A DNA stretch of 64,000 bases. It comes from the human T2T-CHM13v2.0 reference genome, Homo sapiens. The first letter of the stretch is position 1, and each line of letters starts with the position of its first letter. The stretch is from assembly GCF_009914755.1 (NCBI RefSeq), contig NC_060931.1. The stretch is one strand, 5' to 3'. This document shows, piece after piece, positions 46,376-63,498 of this stretch. The notes beneath the pieces are model-generated. The model did not search any database. It was not told where the DNA came from and was given only the letters and a program-made list of their open reading frames with translations. Made by a program: the position numbers and the translations under genes.

Positions 46376-46877
46376 GGAGGCAGCTTTGGGGGACAAAACA
46401 TTCAGCGTGGCCGGCTCTCCGCATCTTACAGTGGTAGGGATGAAATGCACGCGCCCTCATTTGAAATGAGAATCGCAGTGCCTCAGTTAAACAGCGGCCT
46501 CTCCGGATGCCAAGCTGAGATCATTTCCATTTCTGTGCCGAGATCGGCCTTTTGCAGAGATAGATGGGTTATATTTATCACCAGCTAACTTATTAGCATG
46601 TGACACCAGATACACCAAATTGTAATCTGACTCATAAAAGGATATGTAGTTCATGACTTGATGGTGAAGCAGGTCAGTTTAAAAAAAAAAATCAGATGGA
46701 TTATGGAGTCAACGTTTCCTTCAGAAAACTTCTTCAGGGGTAAACTGGTATAATAGGAATGTCTGTTCAGACTGTTTTGAAAACAGTTACCTTGAGAATT
46801 TTGTATTCCTTTGACCCAGCAATCCCACTTTTGAAAATCTATCCCAAGGAAAAAAATTAGAAATACAGTTAAAGCCG

Positions 46878-47228
<351 letters not shown>

Positions 47229-47650
47229 CTAAAAACAGGTGGGAGGGAACAAGGCTAGTGTCCAATATAGAGGAACGGCTAAATGATGCTAAAAATCATT
47301 CATTCAAATTATTATGTAACTGATATTGTTTCCCAAGAATATTTACTAACACAGAAAAGATCATGATATCACCTAAAGTAAGAATTAAAGATGCTGTATC
47401 ACCCTAGTTTAATGAAAGAAAAATGTTCAAAAATATAAAGACAAGATGAATATATAGACATACAGCACAATAGATGCAAATACCTGCACATCACACAAGG
47501 GCTGGTGAACATGAGGACACTGGATTCTTCCAGGCCTTTTTCTAAGTCTTAGCAGGGATTATTTTTGGTTGGTGTGAGATTGGCTTTTTTCTTTGTTATG
47601 CTTTTCTGTGTTTTGCAGATTTTCTCCATAGAGAATGTTACTTTTTTTTA

Positions 47651-47965
<315 letters not shown>

Positions 47966-48084
47966 AAGAGAATGTTACTTTTTAATTTGAAAACAATAAG
48001 AAAATGTCCAAGTCTGCAAAATAGAGTCTTTTTGAAAGACTCTTCGTACTTATTAATTTATTCACCAGACATCTTTAAACGGAA

Positions 48085-48300
48085 ACAGTGGTTAAGTGTG
48101 AGAGTTTGGAAGTCCCACAGATCAGAACCCCAGCTGCCGTTTACTCACTGCAGTCCCTGGGCAAGTAATTCAGTCATCTGAGTTTCCTTGTCCCTACCCG
48201 TGTAATGGGGGATCTCTGGTACCCATCTCATGGAGCTGCTAAAGTGATTAAATGAGACAAAAGTATGCGAGCCCTTTGCTGGAACATGTTTCTGGAATAC
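48085..48300 (+). mobile_element. MIR fragment
   Basis: cagtggttaag...ctgggcaagtaattc...ctgagtttcct...tgtaatgggga...attaaatgaga. Confidence 0.65.
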
Positions 48301-48676
48301 TTGCTGTTATTAGTGGAAATATTGCCACCGTGCCATGTGCCAGACTCCGTGTGAAGTGTGCAGAGTGCTAGGTGGGTAAAAATAGCCCCCCTCCTTCTAG
48401 AACCTCCAACCCAAAGGTGGGAAGGGGCACACAGGTAACAGAAATGACAGCGTTGACATCTGGTGTGTGCTGTGTAAGTCATGTCATCTGTGCTGAACCC
48501 TGGGGCTCAGGAGAGACGTAGTGGGGCTGTCGTGGGAACTGGGCCCTACTTGGGAGCCAGGATGTGGGCCCGGCCTGAAGCTGCAGCAGCAGCAGCAGCA
48601 AGATGTGAGAATATTTAGGAGATGGAACTTGGTTCAGTGGGAGGAGTAACCCAAAAGGACTCTAGGGTGGTCCTGA

Positions 48677-48983
<307 letters not shown>

Positions 48984-49049
48984 AGTCCTGAAGTTTTCAC
49001 AGAAGCATGAAAACACAGAGAGAATTCCTTTTCTGTCATAAGGAGATGA

Positions 49050-49054
<5 letters not shown>

Positions 49055-49087
<33 letters not shown>

Positions 49088-49363
49088 GACAGTATTGCCC
49101 TGTCGCCCAAGCTGGACTCCAGTGGTACAGTCGTGGCTCACTGCAGCCTCGACCTCCCTGGCTTAAGCAATCCTCCCACCTCAGCCCTCCTAAGTAGCTA
49201 GGACTACAGGCTCATGCCAGCCACCATGTCTGGCTAATTTTTAAATTTTTTATAGAGACACGGTCTGGCAGTGTTGCCTAAGCTGGTCTCAAATTCCTGG
49301 GCTTAAGTGATCCGCCCACTTCGGCCTCCCAAAGGATTACAGGTGTGAGCAACCACGCCCAGC
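49055..49363 (-). mobile_element. Alu (AluJ-like) with long poly-T
   Basis: Reverse-complement Alu. Confidence 0.9.
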
Positions 49364-49443
49364 CTGGATGATTGGATGGTGCCTATAGATTCAGGAAAAA
49401 CAGACTTTTCCCCCAGAATGTTTTCCTTACCTAGCTCTATGTG

Positions 49444-49450
<7 letters not shown>

Positions 49451-49488
<38 letters not shown>
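49451..49488. repeat. (TG)19 microsatellite
   Basis: Direct reading. Confidence 0.95.
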
Positions 49489-49489
<1 letters not shown>

Positions 49490-50480
49490 AAGAGAGCGTG
49501 GCTAAGACAAGGGTATTCACCTGGCATCCTCATTCCCAAGTTGCCAATACTCCTCTCCCCTTTTTTCTTAACTCACCACCTGGGAAGTTTTCCTATTTCT
49601 CTCCCTCCTATCCCAGATAAGAAGAATTGCCTTCTTTCCTCCCAGCTGATTTGCTTTTCTCGTCATTATATGGCAAACCAGGCTGCACTCCCCTCCTAAG
49701 GCAGGCGGTGGTTCTCTTTGGGCTCTGAGTCCTCAGTGTTCTGCCTCTTCGGGTGCCAACCAGGAAAGCCGCCTTCCGCTTTTAGAGCAACGTGAAGAAA
49801 TCATGGCAGCCCACGTAAGATCTCTCATTATTTCTGTTGAAACTGATTCTATCGAGGGTGGAGTGCATTGCCTTTAATTTCTTTGTTTGCGTGTATTTTT
49901 TTTCCCCTCTCTCTCACAAGAAGTATATTCTTTTCTTTCCTGTTTGTTCCTGCTCGATTTGGGGAGGCTGCTGTTTCCACTGCCTAATTAATGGGAAGGT
50001 GTTCTGCGGAGGATTTCACCGCGTACATATTCTCTGTTTGGACATGGTACAACCTGTGGACCCTTTTAAACATAGTTACATGTTTGACTCTTTATAGGGT
50101 AATAACTCGATTAATTTTGCAAGGCTTTTTAGAATACCATTGTTCTCTTGAAAAGAACAGGTTTGCTGTTTTAACAAGACTTTAATGCCATCGAGATGCC
50201 TCACATTGGCACGGTTGCGTAAGAATCGCACGGTCCCATGAAATGAAATTGAGAGAGCTTTTTCCGGCGCCTGGTTGGTTGGGGCGGCCTCCGTTCGGTG
50301 CTTTTTTCATCCTCGACCCAGTGACCAACTGTGTTTGCCCTGATGTTTCTTTCAATTCCACCATTCCGAAATGTCTCCGGAATCTGTCGTTTTAGCTTTT
50401 GCAGCAAGGTTCGTTGTGTTTGTCTTGCCCGCTTCAGGTTTCTCTAATGAGATTCACGTGTAAAGGAGGATTGGCAATTA

Positions 50481-50892
<412 letters not shown>

Positions 50893-51811
50893 TTAATCAT
50901 AAGCTTTAAGAGCCTGGTCATGCAAAGAGAATTCAGTGAGATGAAAGATTGTTTATTTCCTACTGTGCATTGGTCACAACTTTGATTCCACAGAAGGGCA
51001 GTGTGCTGTCCTAACAGAGCTGAGTGTGTGGAGTCTTAAGAGCTTCCTCCCTCTCAGCAAATGTGTATTAAATGTTTCTGCTTTGCCAGTTCCAGTGCCA
51101 GTGCCCTGTGATTAGAAGGTGAGCTTCACCGAGGCCTCCTGGTGTTGTGGAGAGGGAGCCCCGGGAATGGCTGGATGCAGAAGGTGAAGGTTGAGATGCA
51201 GGAGAGGGAGCAGTTAGCCTTCTGGCTTGGGCTGTGGTGGGTGGTGCCCTCCATGAGATTCCAAAAAGGACTAGTTTGGGGAGGAATGAAATTGGCATTT
51301 GGAGAGTGTAAGATACTAGTGGAGTCTCCAAGCAGAGCTGCCCAGGAGACAGGCTGGCCATGAGGAGAGTAGCATTCACCTGGATATAGATTTGGGAGCC
51401 ACTCACCGGGAGAGAGATTCCATCTGTGTGTCCCTGGGCAGCGTGATCATGGGAATACCGCTTAACCTCAAATCCTTGGCTTTCTCTGTAAAGTAAATGT
51501 AATAAGATCTCCACAGGGTTTGCTGTGAGGGTTGAACGAGCTCAGTGCACATGAAAATGCCCTATACACTCGAAACCAGCTATAAATATTGGTTATTATT
51601 GTTAGGATGCTGACGTTCAAATATAAATTGCCAAAATCATTTGGGAAGCATTGCATACTCCATTCCCACATGGAGAGTTGCAGGGCATGTGATTATCTGT
51701 TTGTTCATTTAGTCACAATATTGATCAATATAGAACAAAGCAGTATATTTTAAAAATCAACCAGGAGCAGCCATTCTTTGAAGTGTTATGCAACCATTAA
51801 AAATTAGGTTT

Positions 51812-52109
51812 GGCCAGGTGCGGTGGCTCAAGCCTGTAATCCCAGCACTTTGGGAGGCCGAGGCAGGCAGATCACCTGAGGTCAGGAGTTCGGGACTAGC
51901 CTGGCCAACATAGTGAAGCCTTGTCTTTACTAAAAATATAAAAATCAGGCGTGGTGGCAGGTGCCTGTAGTCCCAGCTATTCCAGAGGCTGAGGCAGGAA
52001 GATGGCTTGAACCCAGGAGGCGGAGGTTGCATCGAGCCAAGATTGTGCCACTGCACTCCAGTCTGGGCAACAGAGAGAGACTCCATCTCAAAAAAAAAAA
52101 AAAAAAAAA
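51812..52109 (+). mobile_element. Alu (AluS-like)
   Basis: Alu dimer. Confidence 0.9.
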
Positions 52110-52902
52110 TTGCAGAGAGTTTGTAGTACATGGGTCAGGCTTAAGCAAAAAGAAAGCAACTTAGGAAGTATATATACAGTATTATTACAACTACAAAAGG
52201 AACAGGCAGAAAAAACCCTGGAAGGAACCATGCCAAAATATTAAGTCTCCTTTAGGGAGCAGGACTTGGAGTCGTATTTCTTTATGTTTTTCTGTGCTTT
52301 AAACATACTCTGCCATGACATATTCCTTCTGTGATCAGAAAAATATAAACTAACAGTAACAGCAGAACATCCCTTCCCCCCAAATACAGGTGGGAATTAG
52401 ATGTCTGAAGAGCTGAAAACACAAATGTATCGATTTCATCTTTTTAATATTTCCCTGCAATTCATCTTGCCTTAATCACCGTTTTCTCTCTGGCCGTGGA
52501 ATCACAGAGCTAACTGCACAGAAACGGTGTGAATGAAACCAAGTTGGCCCTACGTGGAATCTCAAATCGCTCTACCCTTTCGGGATCTTCCGTTTAAGTT
52601 TTTGGATAATGAAAATTTGATCTTGATTTCAACTAAAGCTGTTGTGTATAAATCTAACCTTTCTATTTAGCGAAGGTTTTTAGCGGTCCATAGAGGCCGG
52701 AGATAACGAACTGTTACTTGTCTTCTGTCTTTCCCGTGTCTGCCATGGGTTCTGGTTTGTAGGCAGATATAAATGCAGATACGTGTGCCCCTGTCGTGTC
52801 TGAAAGGATGATAGAAGCGAGCTGAAGACTCCTTCCTGGGAGAAATGGATTTCTCCCTTGCTTTTAGAATCCTCAACTCCTCCCATTCATTCTGAGCAAT
52901 AG

Positions 52903-53225
<323 letters not shown>

Positions 53226-53879
53226 CAATCTCAGCTTTCTGGTTTGGCCAAGGGATTTACTTTCAAGTTGTAAAGTAAACAACTTGTGCTTTTCTGCTTT
53301 TGCCATCTCCTGGTTCCCCCTGCTGATGCCACCTCTGATGCCACTTGTCACCTTTCTCTAAACCACCCCCTTCTCTCACCTGGCAGGAAAATTCCCTGCC
53401 TATCCTTCAGTGACCCCAGCACCGGTTTCAGTGCCAGAAAATGTGCTGTCCTCCCTGTATTTGGCTCGCCTGTCCTCCCCCTCACTGATGTTTTCTGCTC
53501 ATTGGGTGGGGGAGGAATCACATGGGTTAGGTGCCCATCCGTCCACTCCTGTATTCCATGCGCGACCACGGTGGCCCAAAGTTGGATTCCAGCATGTGAT
53601 GTTGAATGAGGCAGGCGTGGCTCCCGTCCCCGGGCTGCACCCAGCAGTTCATCCCGGATCCAGGCCTCTGCCTTCCTCTACTCTCACCTCTTCTCCTCTG
53701 CAGAGAAGTGACTGCTGCTGGTTAGTAGGGTGGGAAGTGGAGGCTGGAGGGCATTTGAGAGGGCAGAGCTGAGTTCTGGCCTGATCCAGTCACTCAACAG
53801 CCCATTTCCTCATCTAAAAATAGAATAATAATCAATTACTTAGTACCTGTCAACACAAGCCTATGTATATATATATATA

Positions 53880-54636
<757 letters not shown>

Positions 54637-55780
54637 TTAGCTATCATTATTGCTGTCCTTGTTATTGATGTTATCGGCCCTGAGGGTATAATGATGAGCA
54701 GAATATATCCCGATTCTAAGAAGTCAAGAGGAAAGGAAGCTAGCTTTGCTTTATTTCAAGTTTCTCATTCTTTTTTGCCGTCATTCTTTTTTGATCACAA
54801 AATGCCCACCTGTGCTCTAGAAACCACGCCTCCATTGGACAGGCTTTGGGAGTACTGGCTCCAGTGATTTGGGTGGTTTTGCACTGATTTCTCATCCAGC
54901 AAGCAAACCTCAACACCTTCAGACTGTCCCCAGCAACCAGAATATTATCGTTTCAGAGTTTCGAGGGACCATAGCTGTCAGCCTGTCTGTCCACCCTGCC
55001 TGGCGCTGGCCTTAGTTGGAGGATGGTTGCATTTGGACCAGAGCAGAGGCAGATATCTCATTCCTCCAATGAAATACGAGGGCTTGTGCAACAGGCTTCT
55101 TATCTCATCTCCACCTGATCCCAGGAGCCTGATTCCTTTCCAGGGAGCAGCAGATGAGACTTTTCTCTTTCCAGCACCAGTGTGTGTGAGCGAGTGAATG
55201 AGTAGGGTTTAATGGTGATTAAAGGCGTGGTCTTCATTTTGACACCTTTTGTTCTATAACAAGCCTGACAACCATGAACCTACTTCTTGCCAGACAGAAA
55301 AGTCATTCCCGTGCCTTGCCCCTGAGCCTCCTCGGAAATGGCAGAGCTGCACATGAGGAATTATGCTTCCTCGAACAGCAACATATGAGTCGTGCCTCTT
55401 CCCTAACACCGCTTTGCAGTTTGTGACTATAATCTAATGAATCCAGCTGACGTTGATCAGGTCCTTGGTGTGGGCGAGGCACTGTGCGGCGGGGAGGGGG
55501 CTTCCTTCCTTTGTTCCTCCCTAGTGCAAAGCAGTGGGTATCACAGACGAAACTCACAAGCCACAAAGAGGTTCCCAGGTCGAGCTGGCCTTTGTGCCCA
55601 TGACGTCTCCCTCCCAGACCTGTTCTCCTTCCACCATCCTTGGTTCCCAGTCAGGGCATGGTGGTGGGGGAAGGGCAGGGTCAGCAGGGCATATGGCCTG
55701 GCCCTGTCCTGCAGTGGGGTTGACTGCGGTACTGCTCCAGAAAAATGGACTTTGTTGCCAGCGTTAAAAAATGATGACTT

Positions 55781-56143
<363 letters not shown>

Positions 56144-56277
56144 TCATTTAGATTACAGTTGGAAACAAGCCAGCAGAAAACGTGTTTCTGAAACAACTGG
56201 AGAAATTAGAACAGTGGGTTTCTGGATATTTTATGATATTGAGGCGTTATTGCTATTATTTGTGAAGTGATAATAGT

Positions 56278-56492
56278 GTTTGTTTTGTTTTGTTTTGGGA
56301 CAGGGTCTCACTCTGTTGCCCAGGCTGGAGTGCAGTGGCACCATCAGGGCTCACTGCAGCCTCAACCTCCCCGGGCTCAGCTGATCCTCTTGCCCCAACC
56401 TCCCAAGTAGCTGGGACTACAGGTGCGCGTCACCATGCCTGGCTAATTTTTGTATTTTTTGTAGAGGTGGTGTTTCAGCATGTCACCCAGGC
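56278..56492 (-). mobile_element. Alu, 5'-truncated, within an old L1M fragment (~56200-56730)
   Basis: Right arm plus partial left arm; flanks atagtgtttt. Confidence 0.82.
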
Positions 56493-57210
56493 CCCGGATT
56501 ATAGTGTTTTGACTGTCTTTTTTTTTTTTTTTTAAAGGATCCTTATCTTTTAGAGAATTCACACTGAGATATTTCTGGATCAAATGACTTGATATCTGAG
56601 ATTTGCAACAATTAATACAGTAAATGAAACAAGCCTGGCCGAGAGTTGATACTCATTGAAAGCGCATGATGGGCACATGGGGACTGGTGTTACTGTTTGC
56701 TTGATGTGGGCTTGTCTTTGAGATTTTCGTAGTAAGGTGGTATTTTGCACAAAACCCCAGCTCTGATTTTTCTGGGAAAGTGGGAAGGCCTGGTGATTGC
56801 AGGCTGCTGGAGCTTTAGATGGGTGGGAATGTCCTAGGTGGCGGATGTCCCATGGTCATGTGGAGGGAAGGATAGAAAGAGCATGGCAGGGGGCCAGGTG
56901 CCCCGACAGGTGAGGGCCACCTGCAGGGAACATCAGAGGTGTGTGCTTCTTGAGGGTCGTTACCCACGGTCTGTATCTCCCTATATTCACCAAAATACAC
57001 ATGGGACTTCCCTTCTGATCAGGTGCACAGCCTAGGGGATCCTCTGGGCCGAGCGGACCTGCCAGGGAAGCTCTCAAGTGGTCTGGATAGAACAAGCAGG
57101 GGGCTTCTGCAACAAGCCGGCCTAGCTCCAGGACACCCCCATCCAAGAGGGATTTGACAGATCCATCCCAGCCCCATAACTTGGTTCCTTTGCAGAGGGA
57201 TCATTTGGAA

Positions 57211-57528
57211 TTTTTTTATTTTATTTTATTTTATTTTTTTTTGGTGAGATGGAGTCTCACTCTGTTGCCCAGGCTGGAGTTTAGTGGCGCAATCTCGGCT
57301 TACTGCAACCTCCACCTCCCGGGTTTGAATGATTCTCTTGCCTCAGCCTCCTGAGTAGCTGGGATTACAGGTGCCCTCCACTTATGCCCAGGTAATTTTT
57401 GTATTTTTAGTAGAGATGGGGTTTCACCATGTTGGCCAGGCTGGTCTCGAACTCCTGACCTCAGGCTATCCACCCGCCTCAGCCTCCCAAAGTGCTGGGA
57501 TTACAGGCGTGAGCCACCGCGCCCGGCC
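57211..57528 (-). mobile_element. Alu (AluS-like)
   Basis: Reverse-complement Alu. Confidence 0.9.
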
Positions 57529-58128
57529 AGAAATCTTTTTCCATTTGCCACACTTGTGACTTAGCCAAGTGTCTTTTTCAAAGACTAATAAAGCCTTCAC
57601 AGCTTCCGAAACACCGCGCTAGATCTGGTAGCCGCGGACAATTTGGATTCCTTCTCCAGTGGGAAAGATTCAAAACTGCAGGTTTCAGAAGCCTTTAAAA
57701 GCTTCTTGTCTGTGTGATGTTCATTGAATGCAAATTCTTTCGCAAATAATGGCCTGCAACTGCTTTAAAGAAATAAACTCATCTTGCTGAGCCCGGGCAT
57801 GTATGCGTCAATGGTGAAAAACTGCAAACACACATTCTGTTAGCAGAATCGTTTAATTAAACCACATTCTTGAAATGGTCTGCACTATAGGAAGGGATGT
57901 TGTGTGCACCACACTTTCTAAAAAGATATGTAAAAGGTCCCCAGAAACATATAATCAGAATTTATCCTAGACAAGTAATTTCCTCTCCCCATGTCTGTGT
58001 CCTCATCTGTAAAATGAGGTAGTGGGGCCAGGACGTCTGTAAGGTCCTTGTAGTGATGCTGTTCACAGGTGCTGTTACTTGGGGGAATCATAATGCTCTA
58101 GGGTTTTTGGTTTGGGGATTTTTCTTTG

Positions 58129-58416
58129 TTTTTTTGAGACAGGGTCTCCCTGTGTTGCCCGGGCTGGAATGCAGTAGTGTGATCGTAGCTGCCTGCAGCC
58201 TCAACCTCCTGGGTTCAAGCAGCTCCCCCTGCCTCAGCCTCCCAAGTAGCTGGGACTATAGGTACACACCACCACAACTGGATATTTGTTAAAATTTTTG
58301 TACAGAGGAGGTCTCCCTGCATTGCCCAGGCTGGTCTCCAATTCCGAGGCTCAAGTGATATTCCCACCTTGGCCTCCCAAAATGCCAGGATTACAGGCAT
58401 GAACCACTGCACCTGG
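58129..58416 (-). mobile_element. Alu (AluJ-like)
   Basis: Reverse-complement Alu. Confidence 0.88.
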
Positions 58417-58649
58417 TACTAGGGTTGTATCGTTTGTCTTTTAAAAAATCTTCACATAAAAGTTAATTGTGGGGTGGGAGGGAGTTCCTATATCAAAAGT
58501 ATGTTGAAATACAAGAGTCAAGAGGTTGAGTCTGGGGTCCAGGTGGGTCCCCTGGACAACCCTCTGCAGACTTGCTGCTGCTTTTGTTAAAGTGTCTGGG
58601 AGTCCCAAGCCACATGGGGTAGGGGCATCAGAAGAGTCTAGAATTATTA

Positions 58650-59048
<399 letters not shown>

Positions 59049-59243
59049 TGACCCCGGCTCAGCAGCTGATCAGCTCTGTGGCCTTGGGCAGGACACGGGG
59101 CTCCCTGAACTCCTCTCTCCACATTGGTAAAGGGTCTGGTCAGGCCAGCTGTGGGCTAGTGGTGAGAGTAACAGAGATACTGATCTGTTACTGGAAACGC
59201 CATGAGCTGATTGCTGTCATTAACCTCCCTGTACTGAGAGTTA

Positions 59244-59596
<353 letters not shown>

Positions 59597-60722
59597 GCAG
59601 GCACCCAGATTTTCCTGTACTGTAAAGAGAAAAACCTTGAATTTGGATTAGGAAGGTCTGACCCTGTCACAAACAAAAGTGACCAAATCATACATTTTGA
59701 AATTCACCTCCTTTGACAAAGCCAGGATCCTCATGAAAGAGAAGATTCTGATGTGAAGTCAGCCCTGCACTTTCAGCCTTTCCAGCGTGCAGGTTGATAG
59801 AATCCCACACTTTTTAGCGGTCGAAGGGAACTTAAGATGTAGCAGTTATTTCAGAGTTGTGAAGCAGAGACCAAAATAGTTTGAAGCTGAATTTTAAGCC
59901 TCTTTTGGCCAGATCAAAGAAACCCAAACTCCTAAAAATACCAAATTAGCTTTTTAAGCATAGTTTCTATCTTTAGTTGAAAATGTGTGCAGTGTATACT
60001 TCTGGAACCTGCTTAAATGTATCCATTGAAATGAAGATGTACCTTGAAAAAAGAGGCGCCTGATCTGCAGTAATAATTAAGTAACTTTCTCTGCCCTTGA
60101 CTCTTGCCCCAACGCGTATCAGGATTCCACGGTCCCCTTTCTCCTTCCTTTTTCAATTCTGAAACCATCCTTGTCTTCTTGCCGGAGTTAGCACCAAAAA
60201 AAAAAAAAAAAAAAAAAAAAAAGTTACTCTTGTAGTTTACATGTCATAAATGAAAATGGATATTCCCTCCCAGGGCATAATCTGAAATATTTGTATTTGG
60301 GTTTCAAATGTGTGATAAGATGCTCTCTGTGGCAGATCGGCCTTTCTAATTGCTGTGCTTGTTAAAATTCAAATTAGGCTTTATTCTCTTAGCAAACGTT
60401 GACTGACAGTTGCAGAGAGTGGCCCAGAATGGCACTGAGTGATGGGTGGCCAGGAAGCCTGCGGTAGGAAATTCACAACAGACCTTTCATAGAGAAACGG
60501 CTGGCCTTGACTTTGAGTCCTTCCATCCCAGGTGCTTTAGAGACAGAGCCGCCTGACCCTTCCTTAGCTTGGCCCGGGGGTGCGTTGGAGGGGGCTGTTC
60601 CCACCTGCAGTTCCTAAAGGACAAACTGTCTGATACAGGCTTCATGTGGGGCTGGCCAAACCCCACCGAGGTTTGCACACACCCCAGGATTGCAGAACCT
60701 GAGCTCGAGGAGTGGGACATGA

Positions 60723-61094
<372 letters not shown>

Positions 61095-61214
61095 TGACCC
61101 TGGGATCAACTGACCTCCTTGGAGTGTAGAGGCATCCTGGTTGTCTGGGGACTTTGGGTGGGATCTCTGCCAGTTTTGCCTGCAGCAGAAGGAAAGGGAA
61201 GTGACTTATCTTAG

Positions 61215-61440
61215 GCACCTGCTTTGAACAAGGCACTGAGCTGAGCACGTTCACATGTATCTACTAATTTAATCCTGACAACAGTCCTGAAAAAGATACT
61301 TTCCCCATTTTCCATCTGGGGAGACTGAGGCTCAGAGAGGTCACTGGCCTGCCCAGTATGGCGCTGCCAGCAAGGGTTGAGCTCATATTGAGTCTGGGTC
61401 GGTGTGACCCTACAGCCATGCCCTTGACACTATGCCATTC
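61215..61440 (-). mobile_element. MIR fragment
   Basis: tttaatcctgacaacagtcctg...ccccatttt...gactgaggctcagagagg. Confidence 0.7.
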
Positions 61441-61470
61441 CTGCCCTCCTGGCTGGTTGTGTTCTGCTCA

Positions 61471-61758
<288 letters not shown>

Positions 61759-62172
61759 CTATCCAAAGTTCCCCAGGCCCTGTGTACTTTGTAAAGATGA
61801 GATACAGACTTGATTGTGAGCTTCCCAGCAACCAATGCAAAAAGGGCAACCAGATAAGTCATGTGACTTACGCTGTCCACAAGCTCAAAACAAAGCATGT
61901 GTTGAGGGAAAGCACAGCTCCTCTGGTGTTGGCAAAAAAAATTCTCCCTAAAGATCCTCGTAAAAAGAAGTCACTTGGTTTCATTGCCGGTTACAAGTTG
62001 CTGGCAACCAAGTGCCACTGGCAGGTATCTTACAGCTTAATAGAAGCAGCATTACATTGGTCTAAAAGAAGACAAGAGAATTACAGGCCCATTTTTAGGA
62101 GTGGATACACCTCTTTCTATAGGTAGAGGAACTTCTGTCTGGATTTGTGAGTTGGGTGATTTCAGATACTGA

Positions 62173-62479
<307 letters not shown>

Positions 62480-63483
62480 CAGATCAACTGATGTTTTGAG
62501 TTCAGATACAGAGTAAATGTAGCTTGTAAAGTACTGGTCATTAGAACCAGAGAATGAACTCTGTCCCTCTTTTAAATCTGGTTGGTTTAGTCTTTTTAGA
62601 CACATACCGTTCGGGGACAAAGAGATCGATCAGAATTTTCTTGCCTCCTCGGACGGCATCTGACCTGGCTAGGTTGCGGGGATCTGTTGGAGAGAGAAGC
62701 GTGTCATGGATCCCGCATCGAAAACAGCCTTGAAGAGGGCCAGGAGCACGGAGGACCTGGGGAGGGCCCTGACCACTGGACACATCTGCCCTTTGCTCCT
62801 CCTTTTTGTCTCTGCTGGTGGCCCTTTCTGCTGTATTCACGCGCCCTCACCACCTCCTGTGTATTCGTGTGCTGGAGTTCAGCCGCCAAGGTGGAGAGAG
62901 ACTCCCTGTCGGGGAAGGACTCCGGCCCCAATGCCTCCTCCTCCAGGCCAGGCCGCCATGGTGGGTGGGAAGAGAGGCCACTCCTAGAGAAAGAGACACT
63001 GTCAGTAGGTGTCAGGAGGTGTCCCGGGAGCTCGCCGCGTGGTAACCAACAGACACAGCCCTTCTTGGCATTCAAAGTTGCACCCTGATGCCTGTGAGGG
63101 AGTCGTGACTTTCTGTTACCACTGACCCAGGGCAGAGTTTTAAACAGTGACCTTAAGGCGAAAAGCTCCAGATCTCGTTACTGACCAGTGCAGCCAGCCA
63201 CTGCCTTCCTTCCTTTTTGATTCTAAAAATGACACTCGGGTTTTAGAGGGTTGCTTTTCAGGCAGCCGAAATCCCCGCATGCACCTTCTCGTACATTTCA
63301 GGAGAGAAGAATCAAGTCCATCCACGGTATCCTTGCCCAGGTACCGGTATCCATCAGAGCGTGATTGGGGTTTCAGCAGAGCCAGGCCTGCTTTTCCTGG
63401 CAGAGGCTGGGCCCCTTTAGATTTTTCTTGTAGATTTTGCTTGAGCCTCCCAGCCCTTCCTTGCTCAGCACCTGTGACCCACT

Positions 63484-63498
63484 GGGTCACAGTGACCC
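63484..63498. promoter_or_regulatory. Perfect palindromic estrogen response element motif (GGGTCAcagTGACCC)
   Basis: Matches RGGTCAnnnTGACCY exactly, with an extra half-site TGACCC at 63475-63480. Motif only; binding not shown. Confidence 0.5.

Noticed and set aside
48583-48601. (CAG)5 run as a disease-type triplet repeat
   Set aside because: Too short, intronic and unremarkable.
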